A stretch of 60,532 bases of DNA, from positions 1 to 60,532 of the IMG/VR virus record IMGVR_UViG_3300037440_000200; one strand, written 5' to 3'. This DNA is from a virus. Lineage: Duplodnaviria > Caudoviricetes. A model generated the notes under the pieces. That model was not told the DNA's origin. It did not search any database and was given only the letters and a program-made list of their open reading frames with translations. Numbering within the stretch: the stretch's first letter is position 1; each line of letters starts with the position of its first letter. Of this stretch, positions 31,642 to 39,653 are shown in pieces. Both the position numbers and the translations under genes were made by a program.

Positions 31642-32013
31642 ATGCAAATACCGATAGATCAAGACGCGCTCAGAGAACTCGTTTCGAAGGCAATCCTCGA
31701 TAGCCTCACCGGAGACAAGCGCGACGAATTGCTGAAAGGCGCGATCAAAGATTTGATCGAAACGCCGAAATCCACCAGCACCTATGGCCCGAAAGTCTCA
31801 AAACTTGAGCAGGCATTCTCCCAAGCTGTCGAGGTCGCGGCCAATCGGATTATAACCGATATGATGAACAATGACGAAGCATTAGTTTCCAAGATCAAAG
31901 GCGTTATGGTTGAAGCTGTTGAGCATGCATTTGAAGAAACCGGCCGCGCCAAGATGATCGAAGCGATCTCGAATGCAATCGTCCACGGACTGCGGCCAAA
32001 GTCAGATTACTAA
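31642..32013 (+). CDS. Hypothetical protein (array beside attP)
   Basis: Purine-rich leader ending AAAGGAAATAGAGAATG. Confidence 0.6.
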   Translation: MQIPIDQDALRELVSKAILDSLTGDKRDELLKGAIKDLIETPKSTSTYGPKVSKLEQAFSQAVEVAANRIITDMMNNDEALVSKIKGVMVEAVEHAFEETGRAKMIEAISNAIVHGLRPKSDY

Positions 32014-32039
32014 TGCTGGGGGAGGAAAGGAAATAGAGA

Positions 32040-32381
32040 ATGAAAGCACTTCAAAACATATATTCAAGAATGTTCGAAAGAGTGCCAATACAAAGAAATT
32101 TCGTACATGTAAACGCCGATATTGAGACGCTTCCAGAACCGGAGCCTGACCGTGTCCGCCACAGGTACAAGCTCGAATTCTGGCAGGACATCGTTGGCCC
32201 GGACGTTGCAACAAGTCACATGAATAAGCTAGCCAGAAGCGCGATTGCCAGAGAACTGTATGGGGAGGCCGTTGACGATCTCATACGGCTGGAAATCCTG
32301 CTCATGGAAGAAACATATCGAAGCGCTGACGACAAAGCAATCGTCGCCATTCGTGATCTTATAAGAAAGATGGAAGGCTAG
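32040..32381 (+). CDS. Hypothetical protein (array beside attP)
   Basis: Same 17-bp leader as 31642. Confidence 0.6.
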   Translation: MKALQNIYSRMFERVPIQRNFVHVNADIETLPEPEPDRVRHRYKLEFWQDIVGPDVATSHMNKLARSAIARELYGEAVDDLIRLEILLMEETYRSADDKAIVAIRDLIRKMEG

Positions 32382-32403
32382 CCGGAGGAAGGGAAGTGGG
32401 AAG

Positions 32404-32745
32404 ATGAGCGACAACGAGGAACTTCGCGAACTGCGTGGGAAATACGCCGAACTGCGCAAGCATTGGGTCGATTTTCCCACGCCAGACGGTGGGCTTTCGA
32501 TCGACACTGACTCTGCGGCAGATTTTCTTAGAGAACTAGCCGAGAGCCTCGATGCTGGCCATACGGCGGCAAGGCTAAGAGACATTGCTGATATGCTCGA
32601 TCTCGTTGCGCCGACAGTCAAGAGCTTAACGGAAAAATACGGCAGTTTGGTAGACGGTCGATCTGTTATTCTTCCGGCCAATCGCGCTCACGCGGAAGCG
32701 ATGCTGACCGTTGCGGAGGCGTTCTTGAAGCCTAACGCGGATTAA
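32404..32745 (+). CDS. Hypothetical protein (array beside attP)
   Basis: GGAGG leader; co-oriented. Confidence 0.55.
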   Translation: MSDNEELRELRGKYAELRKHWVDFPTPDGGLSIDTDSAADFLRELAESLDAGHTAARLRDIADMLDLVAPTVKSLTEKYGSLVDGRSVILPANRAHAEAMLTVAEAFLKPNAD

Positions 32746-32781
32746 CCCCGTTCCATATAGGCGGGATGAATAGGAGAGGAA

Positions 32782-33081
32782 ATGAACGAGAAATACATTC
32801 TAAATGCTGGCGGGTCCGTTAAGGATCTCGCAGAGTTTATATCAATCTCGGGTCAACCGAAAGCTGAAATTAGGCTCCGCTATCCAAACAGGAGGAGCAT
32901 GTCCGCTGCATTCGACAAAATGCGCAACGACTTCGAATTGTACATTGTAGACGCCATTCGAGACAATGGCGAGACGATCGAAACTGAAGTTTACGGCGTG
33001 AAGCTGATTCTGTCTTATGAAGTTCCGAAATATGCTGGATCGTTTTTGGATAACGAGCGCCCTCGGTCACCCGGCGAATAG
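32782..33081 (+). CDS. Hypothetical protein (array beside attP)
   Basis: AGGAGAGG RBS. Confidence 0.55.
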   Translation: MNEKYILNAGGSVKDLAEFISISGQPKAEIRLRYPNRRSMSAAFDKMRNDFELYIVDAIRDNGETIETEVYGVKLILSYEVPKYAGSFLDNERPRSPGE

Positions 33082-33127
33082 CCCCGTCCCGCTCTTAGCG
33101 GCCCGAGATATATAGGTAGGTAGGAAA

Positions 33128-33544
33128 ATGAACGAAGATCTGACAACGCTACTAGGAACGGAACGAACTGACATGGAAACGGCCGTCATGGCTCGACAGC
33201 GCGACATGGCGCTCGAAGCTGCAATGCAGCACCTGCTCCACGATCTGCGCCAGTTCATGAGAGCATACCCGATGCGGATGGATGACGAAATGCCCGAACA
33301 CGGCATGGAGTGGATTGAAGGCTTGGCAAGCGGTCCCGGCAAGGTCATTCTGGATGCGATAAAAGCCAATCCGGTTTTGTGGAGTCGAGCGCTTCCAGCC
33401 GAGGTCTGCATTGTGCCCCGCAAGGAAATTGAGCGGCTTTCATCAAAGGACCACGTTGATTATCTGGCGGCATTGGGCGGGAATATGGTGCTTCGCCATG
33501 CGGCGGAAGCTGATCTTAGCGGCCAGAGACACCGTTCCATATAG
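33128..33544 (+). CDS. Hypothetical protein (array beside attP)
   Basis: AGGTAGG RBS. Confidence 0.55.
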   Translation: MNEDLTTLLGTERTDMETAVMARQRDMALEAAMQHLLHDLRQFMRAYPMRMDDEMPEHGMEWIEGLASGPGKVILDAIKANPVLWSRALPAEVCIVPRKEIERLSSKDHVDYLAALGGNMVLRHAAEADLSGQRHRSI

Positions 33545-33691
33545 GGGGCGACGCCTCAAAAAAAGACGCCGGCTGCTCGATGACAGGAATGTCACGATCC
33601 TTCGCATCGAATATCCATGCTACCAGCAAAATGCCGATCGACAAGAATATAATGGCAATGCAGACGCCGATGGCGATTTCGAGCGAGCGGA

Positions 33692-33952
33692 CTATCCAAG
33701 CATGAGGTTCAGGGCCTCTTTGAGGGTGAGACCGGACGCGGGGGCCAGGATGATAAGGAGCCCGGCTCTGAACCACAGGCTTTGCGCTATGCGCGACAAA
33801 TCCATTCGGTCTGATGTATTCGCGTGGGAATGCGTCAACATTTCCAGCAGTTCTGTAAGCCGGTCCTGCCTGTTGAGGATTTCCGTCAGGATATAGGCCA
33901 AGTCCGGATGATTTGAGTGGAGCCTCGTGATCGCGCCCGTTGTCCAATCCAT
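33692..33952 (-). CDS. Small membrane protein, possible holin/antiholin; nested in ORF 33516..33992
   Basis: Helical N-terminus plus C-terminal hydrophobic segment, at the end of the lysis cluster. Confidence 0.35.
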   Translation of the reverse strand: MDWTTGAITRLHSNHPDLAYILTEILNRQDRLTELLEMLTHSHANTSDRMDLSRIAQSLWFRAGLLIILAPASGLTLKEALNLMLG

Positions 33953-34421
33953 TTTTTTTCGGCTCCGCATAGTCTAAACTGCTCGCTGCCATAGTTCAAT
34001 CCCGGTTTTTACTTATGGTTGCCTTGGGTCATCGGGCGATCCTCTTTCGCTTGGTGATCTAGGGCCGGTGTCGATCTCAACCATCGGCGCTGGCCCGCTG
34101 CTTTAATCTATGGTATAATCTACAGATGATTCAATCGGTTATAGGACGAGCGGCGCATCCCTCAACTCTTGCAGAATTTGCAAAAGTTAAACCGTCCAAT
34201 TCGTTGTAAAAGTCCTCGATCTCGACACCTTCCGGCACCGCCCCTCGCCACCACCATTCCGCTGATATGGCGTGCCGCTCCATCGGCTCGGAAACGAGCA
34301 CTTTATTTTCAACCGAAAGCTGATAGTGCAAGCCGTCATCGATGTATGTGTCGCCCGGCTCTTCTGGCCGCATTGCAGCACAGAAGATGCGGCCGTTCTT
34401 TCTGATGCGTACAGCCATGGT

Positions 34422-34655
34422 CTATTTCTGCTCTGCCGCTTTTTTCTCGGCTTCCTTGACTTGCCAGTGCACATTGTTATGGCGTTCGATCTGAGCGAGC
34501 GTGTTCTCGGTCAGCTTGTCTTCAGTAGGATGCGGCTTGATATAGCGGTATGGCTTGGAGCTGGGGACCGCGATCACCTTCGTCTCTGGCTTCGGTGAAC
34601 TGAGCGAGCAACCGGACACAGCGAGCACTATTGATAAAATGAATATTGCTCTCAT
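34422..34655 (-). CDS. o-spanin (Rz1-like lipoprotein)
   Basis: Lipobox LAVSGC after hydrophobic signal; follows i-spanin. Confidence 0.75.
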   Translation of the reverse strand: MRAIFILSIVLAVSGCSLSSPKPETKVIAVPSSKPYRYIKPHPTEDKLTENTLAQIERHNNVHWQVKEAEKKAAEQK

Positions 34656-34975
34656 TTCTCGCTCCTGCAAAGCCCAGGGTGCTTGCTACAATATTGGGCC
34701 ACATCGACCGATGCATCCGTGATGCCGTCAACGCTGCTCAGAATGTCCGCAATGGTGCGCTCTGCGGCTGTTTCCATCCGGGCTATCTTCACCTCGCATT
34801 GCGCCTTCTCGCGCTCCACGGCCGCGGACTTGCCTTCTGCGCCGCGGTGCCATGCATAGGCCGAGGGAATGCCGACGGCAAGCAGGCCGGCGACAATATA
34901 TAGAGCAGATGCCGATAATCCCGGCAGCGCCCAGCCGATCGCGGCGTTCGTCAGTTTGCCGATAAGTGAGAACAT
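34652..34975 (-). CDS. i-spanin (Rz-like)
   Basis: N-terminal TM then helical periplasmic domain with Cys residues; follows endolysin. Confidence 0.65.
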   Translation of the reverse strand: MFSLIGKLTNAAIGWALPGLSASALYIVAGLLAVGIPSAYAWHRGAEGKSAAVEREKAQCEVKIARMETAAERTIADILSSVDGITDASVDVAQYCSKHPGLCRSEK

Positions 34976-34976
34976 A

Positions 34977-35732
34977 TCAGACGCCTTTCTTTTTGGCGTC
35001 ATCCTGTCGTGCGTAGATTATAACGCATTGCAAGACGATCTTGGCAAGGATCGAAAAGACGAGCAACGTCGGCAATGCAACGCCGATCTGCCCGATCAGG
35101 TCGCCAATGATGTTGATCTGTCCCTGACTTTCAAGGATGATGCCACCATCAACGCCGAGCAGCGCCATTTGCGCCGTGCTGGCCTTCATGATCCGGCTAT
35201 TGGCTGGCGTTCCGGGTTTTCTGTAGCCCAGCACCTGGCTTTTCGGGTATTCGGTGATGTTCACCGCATTCGCCTGATTGCCGCCAAGCACCTTGACGTG
35301 CGTCTTTGTCTCGCCGACGTAGAATGCAACGTGACCCTGCCACGAGCGCGGCGAAACCCGCCAGAAGACGACGAGGCAGCCCGGATAAGGTTTGGTGACT
35401 TCCTTACCCCATGTTAGAAATGATCTGGCCGCGAGAGACTTCGATCCGTTGTATCCGGCACGCTCAAGTACGGCGTTCGCAAAACCAGCGCACCAGGCGG
35501 TTTCATCGTCGTCGATCTCCGGAAACCCGGCGTCGCGGAAGTAGCCAAGCACAGCCGGATTATGCTCTGGCCCGGCGATTTCCTTGGTGCCGATCTCGGC
35601 GCGAGCGAGCGCCAGCCACTTCGGCTCACCGGACACCGGCTCATCTGCCGATTTCTCCGGCTTCGGAGTCGTCGTCTTCCCGCCGAATATAGCGGCAAAG
35701 ATCGCTTTGATAAGGTCAATCAACCATTGCAT
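34977..35732 (-). CDS. Endolysin, TIGR02594 (NlpC/P60-CHAP-like) family with C-terminal hydrophobic helices
   Basis: WLALARAEIGTKEI.G..HNP, DDETAWCAGF, ARSFLTWG, GHVAFY, VLGGNQ. Confidence 0.88.
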   Translation of the reverse strand: MQWLIDLIKAIFAAIFGGKTTTPKPEKSADEPVSGEPKWLALARAEIGTKEIAGPEHNPAVLGYFRDAGFPEIDDDETAWCAGFANAVLERAGYNGSKSLAARSFLTWGKEVTKPYPGCLVVFWRVSPRSWQGHVAFYVGETKTHVKVLGGNQANAVNITEYPKSQVLGYRKPGTPANSRIMKASTAQMALLGVDGGIILESQGQINIIGDLIGQIGVALPTLLVFSILAKIVLQCVIIYARQDDAKKKGV

Positions 35733-35762
35733 TCGCTATCCTTTCGGTAAAGGCTTTCAAAG

Positions 35763-35785
35763 AAAAAGCCCCTGAGAAGGGGCTT
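35763..35785 (-). terminator. Rho-independent terminator after tail fibre gene
   Basis: AAGCCCC-TTCTCA-GGGGCTTTTT on minus strand. Confidence 0.7.
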
Positions 35786-35882
35786 AGAGATTGCGGAAGT
35801 GGGCGTCAGCTTCAGAGGTCGCGCTTACCTATACCTCGCCACGGAGGACGGCTGGATATTGGGAAGACCTTATTGAATATAT

Positions 35883-37673
35883 CTACTCATAAAATATATT
35901 TACTTGACCACTGTCAAATGCATTTGATCCACCTCTGGTCACGCGAACTCTATCAAGCTCAGCGGACAGTGCCTTACGGCCACCCCCACAATAAGCTTCA
36001 ACAGCACTAGTGATGTTACCCCCAGAATGACTGGCTACCCAGATATTTCCTGTAATCCTACAAATAATCATGCTTCCTGAAAAAGCATGAGCAGAGTTAC
36101 TTGTAGAAATATTGAAACCATTAACTGCAGATGATTGAGTTGTTGCTGAAGAGGCTAATCTTGCTCCTGCACTCTCATAACCAGTTGTTTCAACGCCCCC
36201 ACTATCTCCTACTTGAACTATAATTGCATCTGACCCATTTACAGAAACATTATCAAATATTATCGTTATCCTATTCAAACCTGCTGGAAGACTTGTGAAA
36301 TCGAATGCGGTTCCACTTGTCGTGGCTTGAACAGTGTCGGGGGTGATGCCGCTACCGCCTGATTGAGGAACAAGTTCAAATTCATCATTCGTGGCATTGT
36401 AGGCCACCACATCGCCGTCCGAAGGTGAGGTCAGCTCCCCAATCGGCACTGCAATGACAGCCATCTCTTCGCCGCCATAGTATTTCAAAATGCCGTGGCT
36501 GAAATCGGTGACGGAGGTATCGACGGCGATTTCGCCGTCTGCATTTACGGTTGGCGCGGTGTCGTTGGGGATTTCGAGCGAGGTCGCTCCGCCAGCGTCT
36601 ATCGCCCCGGCCACGACGCCAAGCGTTACGGTCCCCGCGGTCGCTGTAATGCCACCGGAAAACGTCAGCAACCCAGACGAATGGGTGATTGTATAGTTGC
36701 TGTTGGCCCAATTTATCAGGCCGCCAGATGCGAGGAACAGATCAGACCACGATACGGTGGCGGACCCAAGCGCCGCACCATCATTTGCGTCTGGGCGCGC
36801 GACAGTCGAAAACTGCACGCTTTGATCGGAATTGATTCGCATGGCCTCAGCGGGCGTCTGCGATCCGTCCGGCGTGGTAGCAAAGATCATCCGCCCCGGC
36901 ATGTCGTTGTTGCCGGGCGTGCCATCGACCTCGACAAGAATGTACCCACCGAACTCGTAGTCGGTGCCGTCATAGCCGAAGAACGACAGCGACGCGAGCC
37001 GGTCATTATTCTGCACGACCGTGGGCGAGGCCATTGTACCGCGCGAGCGCAGTCCTATCCAGCAGGCCGAATCGCCCGCCGTGTCCGAGTAGCGGAATAC
37101 GCCTTGACAGACCTCGCCACCCTCGTCGTTATGGATAGCGATATCGATTCCTACTGGCCCGATACCCGCAAATGTAAAGGTATTCCCAGCACCACCGAGT
37201 GATAGGCGCTCATCCACCTCATCAAAGAACAACCCCGTTGTCGCGTCTCCGAGCCGGATCGTTCCTTTCGTGGCATTGGATGTTGAGGAGAGGACGAGGT
37301 CGTCGCCGGAATCGGTTCCGCCGATGATCGTCTGGCCACCGCTAATGCCGTCCTTGAAGACATCGCCAATATCTTCCGCCCGCGCCGTGATGAACACCGT
37401 CGCACTGCCGGATAGATTGATCGCGCTTGTACCCGCTACGCCGCCGATCTTCGAAGCGGTCACTGTGCGTGTCAGCGTCGTTCCGGATGCGGTGTAAGTC
37501 CCCGTTCCGATCTCGAAATCGTTGCCGTCTTCAATCGTATAAGCAACGACATCAGCATCTTGCACGCCAGCTTCGGCAAATGTAAAATAACCTGCAAAGG
37601 CCGCGCCGAGCGTGACCGTTCCAGTGCCTGTTGTCGAAGTTGTCACACGAGCGCGATTGTAAAGACTGGCCAT
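35883..37673 (-). CDS. Tail fibre / receptor-binding protein
   Basis: NRARVTTSTTGTGTVTLG anchor, PGRMIFATTPDG..EAMRI repeats, C-terminal TTSGTAFDFTSLP module. Confidence 0.8.
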   Translation of the reverse strand: MASLYNRARVTTSTTGTGTVTLGAAFAGYFTFAEAGVQDADVVAYTIEDGNDFEIGTGTYTASGTTLTRTVTASKIGGVAGTSAINLSGSATVFITARAEDIGDVFKDGISGGQTIIGGTDSGDDLVLSSTSNATKGTIRLGDATTGLFFDEVDERLSLGGAGNTFTFAGIGPVGIDIAIHNDEGGEVCQGVFRYSDTAGDSACWIGLRSRGTMASPTVVQNNDRLASLSFFGYDGTDYEFGGYILVEVDGTPGNNDMPGRMIFATTPDGSQTPAEAMRINSDQSVQFSTVARPDANDGAALGSATVSWSDLFLASGGLINWANSNYTITHSSGLLTFSGGITATAGTVTLGVVAGAIDAGGATSLEIPNDTAPTVNADGEIAVDTSVTDFSHGILKYYGGEEMAVIAVPIGELTSPSDGDVVAYNATNDEFELVPQSGGSGITPDTVQATTSGTAFDFTSLPAGLNRITIIFDNVSVNGSDAIIVQVGDSGGVETTGYESAGARLASSATTQSSAVNGFNISTSNSAHAFSGSMIICRITGNIWVASHSGGNITSAVEAYCGGGRKALSAELDRVRVTRGGSNAFDSGQVNIFYE

Positions 37674-37747
37674 TTTATCTGGTGCTTGCTTTCATGGGGA
37701 GAGGTTTGTAGATTTTTGCTCTGGGCGTAACAAATGGAGACCGGCTT

Positions 37748-37969
37748 ATGAGCCTAATCAGCGATATCGGGCACGACCGACTTGACCTTGAGCGGGAGTT
37801 TCTTCAGCAGCTTGTTCTGAGATTTGGCTGCGATAACGATGCGCTCGAAGGACTGCTGGCGAAATACGTTCGCTATGCCGACGGCAAGCCTTTCGAAGAC
37901 AGGCTTTACCATATCGACGGACTTCTGGATCAGAAGGCGATGGAAAGCCTCGGGCTATGCGATGAGTGA
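37748..37969 (+). CDS. Small antisense moron between the tail genes
   Basis: Fills the intergenic gap; GGAG RBS. Confidence 0.5.
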   Translation: MSLISDIGHDRLDLEREFLQQLVLRFGCDNDALEGLLAKYVRYADGKPFEDRLYHIDGLLDQKAMESLGLCDE

Positions 37970-39622
37970 TCAGCTTGCGTTCACTGCATCGGTCCAGCCA
38001 GAGCAGGTAAGGGTTGCGGCGGCGTTACCCGATCCCCAATAGATGTTTGAACTTTCAAGGACGAAATCAAAAGGCACTATGCCCCTGGCGTCCCCCGTCG
38101 CAACTGTGGGAGGATTTGTTGTGCTGTTGGCTCCGTCATAATCATCATTAGGAACGACAGCAATTGCAGCGGCTGTCCCACCGGGAGATAGACCACCCGT
38201 GATGCGGATGGCTGTTGGAGGCACGTAATTGCCCGTCGCTACGGCTACCCACGTAGGAGTCGTTGCGCTTCCATCCGAACCACTTGCCATGATCGGCAGG
38301 TTCGGCGTCGTGGAACTGGTGATAACCTCGTACTGCGCACGATTGCCGACCTGCCTCGTGCGCAAAAACGTCGCGCTGCCGCCAGTCCTGATCGCTCCGA
38401 CACGGAGGAAATATGTATATCCGCTCGGCAGCGTTGGCGCTGTGGCGGACGTACTCAGCAGCCCCGCCGCTGTCGTGCCATTCGAGATGATATAAACATT
38501 ATACCATGTGCTATTCGCCAACGATCCCGCGTCGAGACCATCCGCGCCGGTTCCGGTCGCATCGATAGTCACGTCAACCGAACTTACCCTGATCCCGATG
38601 CCTTGCGCATCGGTGAGGATGGCGGCATTGGCGTCCACATCAAGCGATGTGGTGGGCGTGCCGGAATTATTCGTGATGACGAGACCGCTCACAGCGCCGA
38701 TTGACGCCATCATGGGACGCCATGACGACCCGATGAACTGGAAGCTCAGATCTTCATCTTGGACATAAGCGATCCAGCCGCAGTCTGTCGCTGGGGTGTA
38801 ATTGAACCATGTGCCGAACCCGTCCGCCTCGGCAATGTCGTGCTGAGCAAAGCCGGACCAGTCGCCCGTTGGGGACGACTCAACGATATACCGCGCGCCG
38901 GGCGTTGGCGATCCCGGAGGCGTTGAGAGCCTGTCAGCAATGGCGATAACGCCGATCGTGCCACCAATCAGCGGCGGGCACTCGGAATGGATCTTGAAGT
39001 TCGTGGCGTCGCAGGCCAACCAGACCGTATGACCGAGACCGGTAAGCGAGAACCCTATCGGGCTGGCTCCGGGAATGGCGAATGTATCCGTACCGTCTCC
39101 GGTGATCTTGACCTGATTGGCCGTGCCCGCATGCCTGATACCGACGAAAAACCCATCGCCAAGCGTCGCGGCGTCTGCAAGCGTCATCGTTAACGCACCG
39201 CCGGAGCAGTTCACGTTGATCAGCTTGCCCTTGTCTGCGGCTGTGATCGAACGGTTAGCGGAGATGTTTACGACGGACTGGTCGGCGACTGCGGCTTCGG
39301 TAAGGAAGGTGGATGTATCGAGAGCGCCCTTGACGTTATCGAAGGTCCGCGTAAAGCCGCCGATGGTCGACGAAATCGTGATCTTGTACGGATCTGTCCC
39401 GGTGTAAATCAACGTCGGGACGTTGCCGCTCGTGACCGGCTCGCCTCCTGCGTTGCAATCGACCGTTACCCCGAGGGACGTGGATAATCCGGAGTCAGAA
39501 AAGACTTCGCGGGTGTCCGATGTGCCGGCGTCGAAAAACGACAGAACGGCGTCCGTGAAGGGATCGCCGTTAGCATCAAGTGCGCGCCAGCCGGGCGGCA
39601 GGATAGCGACTGAGTCGACCAT
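37970..39622 (-). CDS. Tail spike/fibre protein with DUF2793-like domain
   Basis: Head-binding-like N-terminus (LDANGDP..LSFFDAGT), PPGSPTPGARYIV..TGDWSG..GWIAYVQDE; start reassigned to MVDSV. Confidence 0.75.
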   Translation of the reverse strand: MVDSVAILPPGWRALDANGDPFTDAVLSFFDAGTSDTREVFSDSGLSTSLGVTVDCNAGGEPVTSGNVPTLIYTGTDPYKITISSTIGGFTRTFDNVKGALDTSTFLTEAAVADQSVVNISANRSITAADKGKLINVNCSGGALTMTLADAATLGDGFFVGIRHAGTANQVKITGDGTDTFAIPGASPIGFSLTGLGHTVWLACDATNFKIHSECPPLIGGTIGVIAIADRLSTPPGSPTPGARYIVESSPTGDWSGFAQHDIAEADGFGTWFNYTPATDCGWIAYVQDEDLSFQFIGSSWRPMMASIGAVSGLVITNNSGTPTTSLDVDANAAILTDAQGIGIRVSSVDVTIDATGTGADGLDAGSLANSTWYNVYIISNGTTAAGLLSTSATAPTLPSGYTYFLRVGAIRTGGSATFLRTRQVGNRAQYEVITSSTTPNLPIMASGSDGSATTPTWVAVATGNYVPPTAIRITGGLSPGGTAAAIAVVPNDDYDGANSTTNPPTVATGDARGIVPFDFVLESSNIYWGSGNAAATLTCSGWTDAVNAS

Positions 39623-39653
39623 ATGATATTTGCCTTGTTCTGGGGGTAGGCTG

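Noticed and set aside
31103-33550. CRISPR array or true integron
   Set aside because: Repeats are short, degenerate and separated by whole genes; no attC-like palindromes, and no IntI-specific features noticed in the integrase
35883-39622. Diversity-generating retroelement or invertible tail-fibre system
   Set aside because: No reverse transcriptase, invertase or TR/VR pair seen
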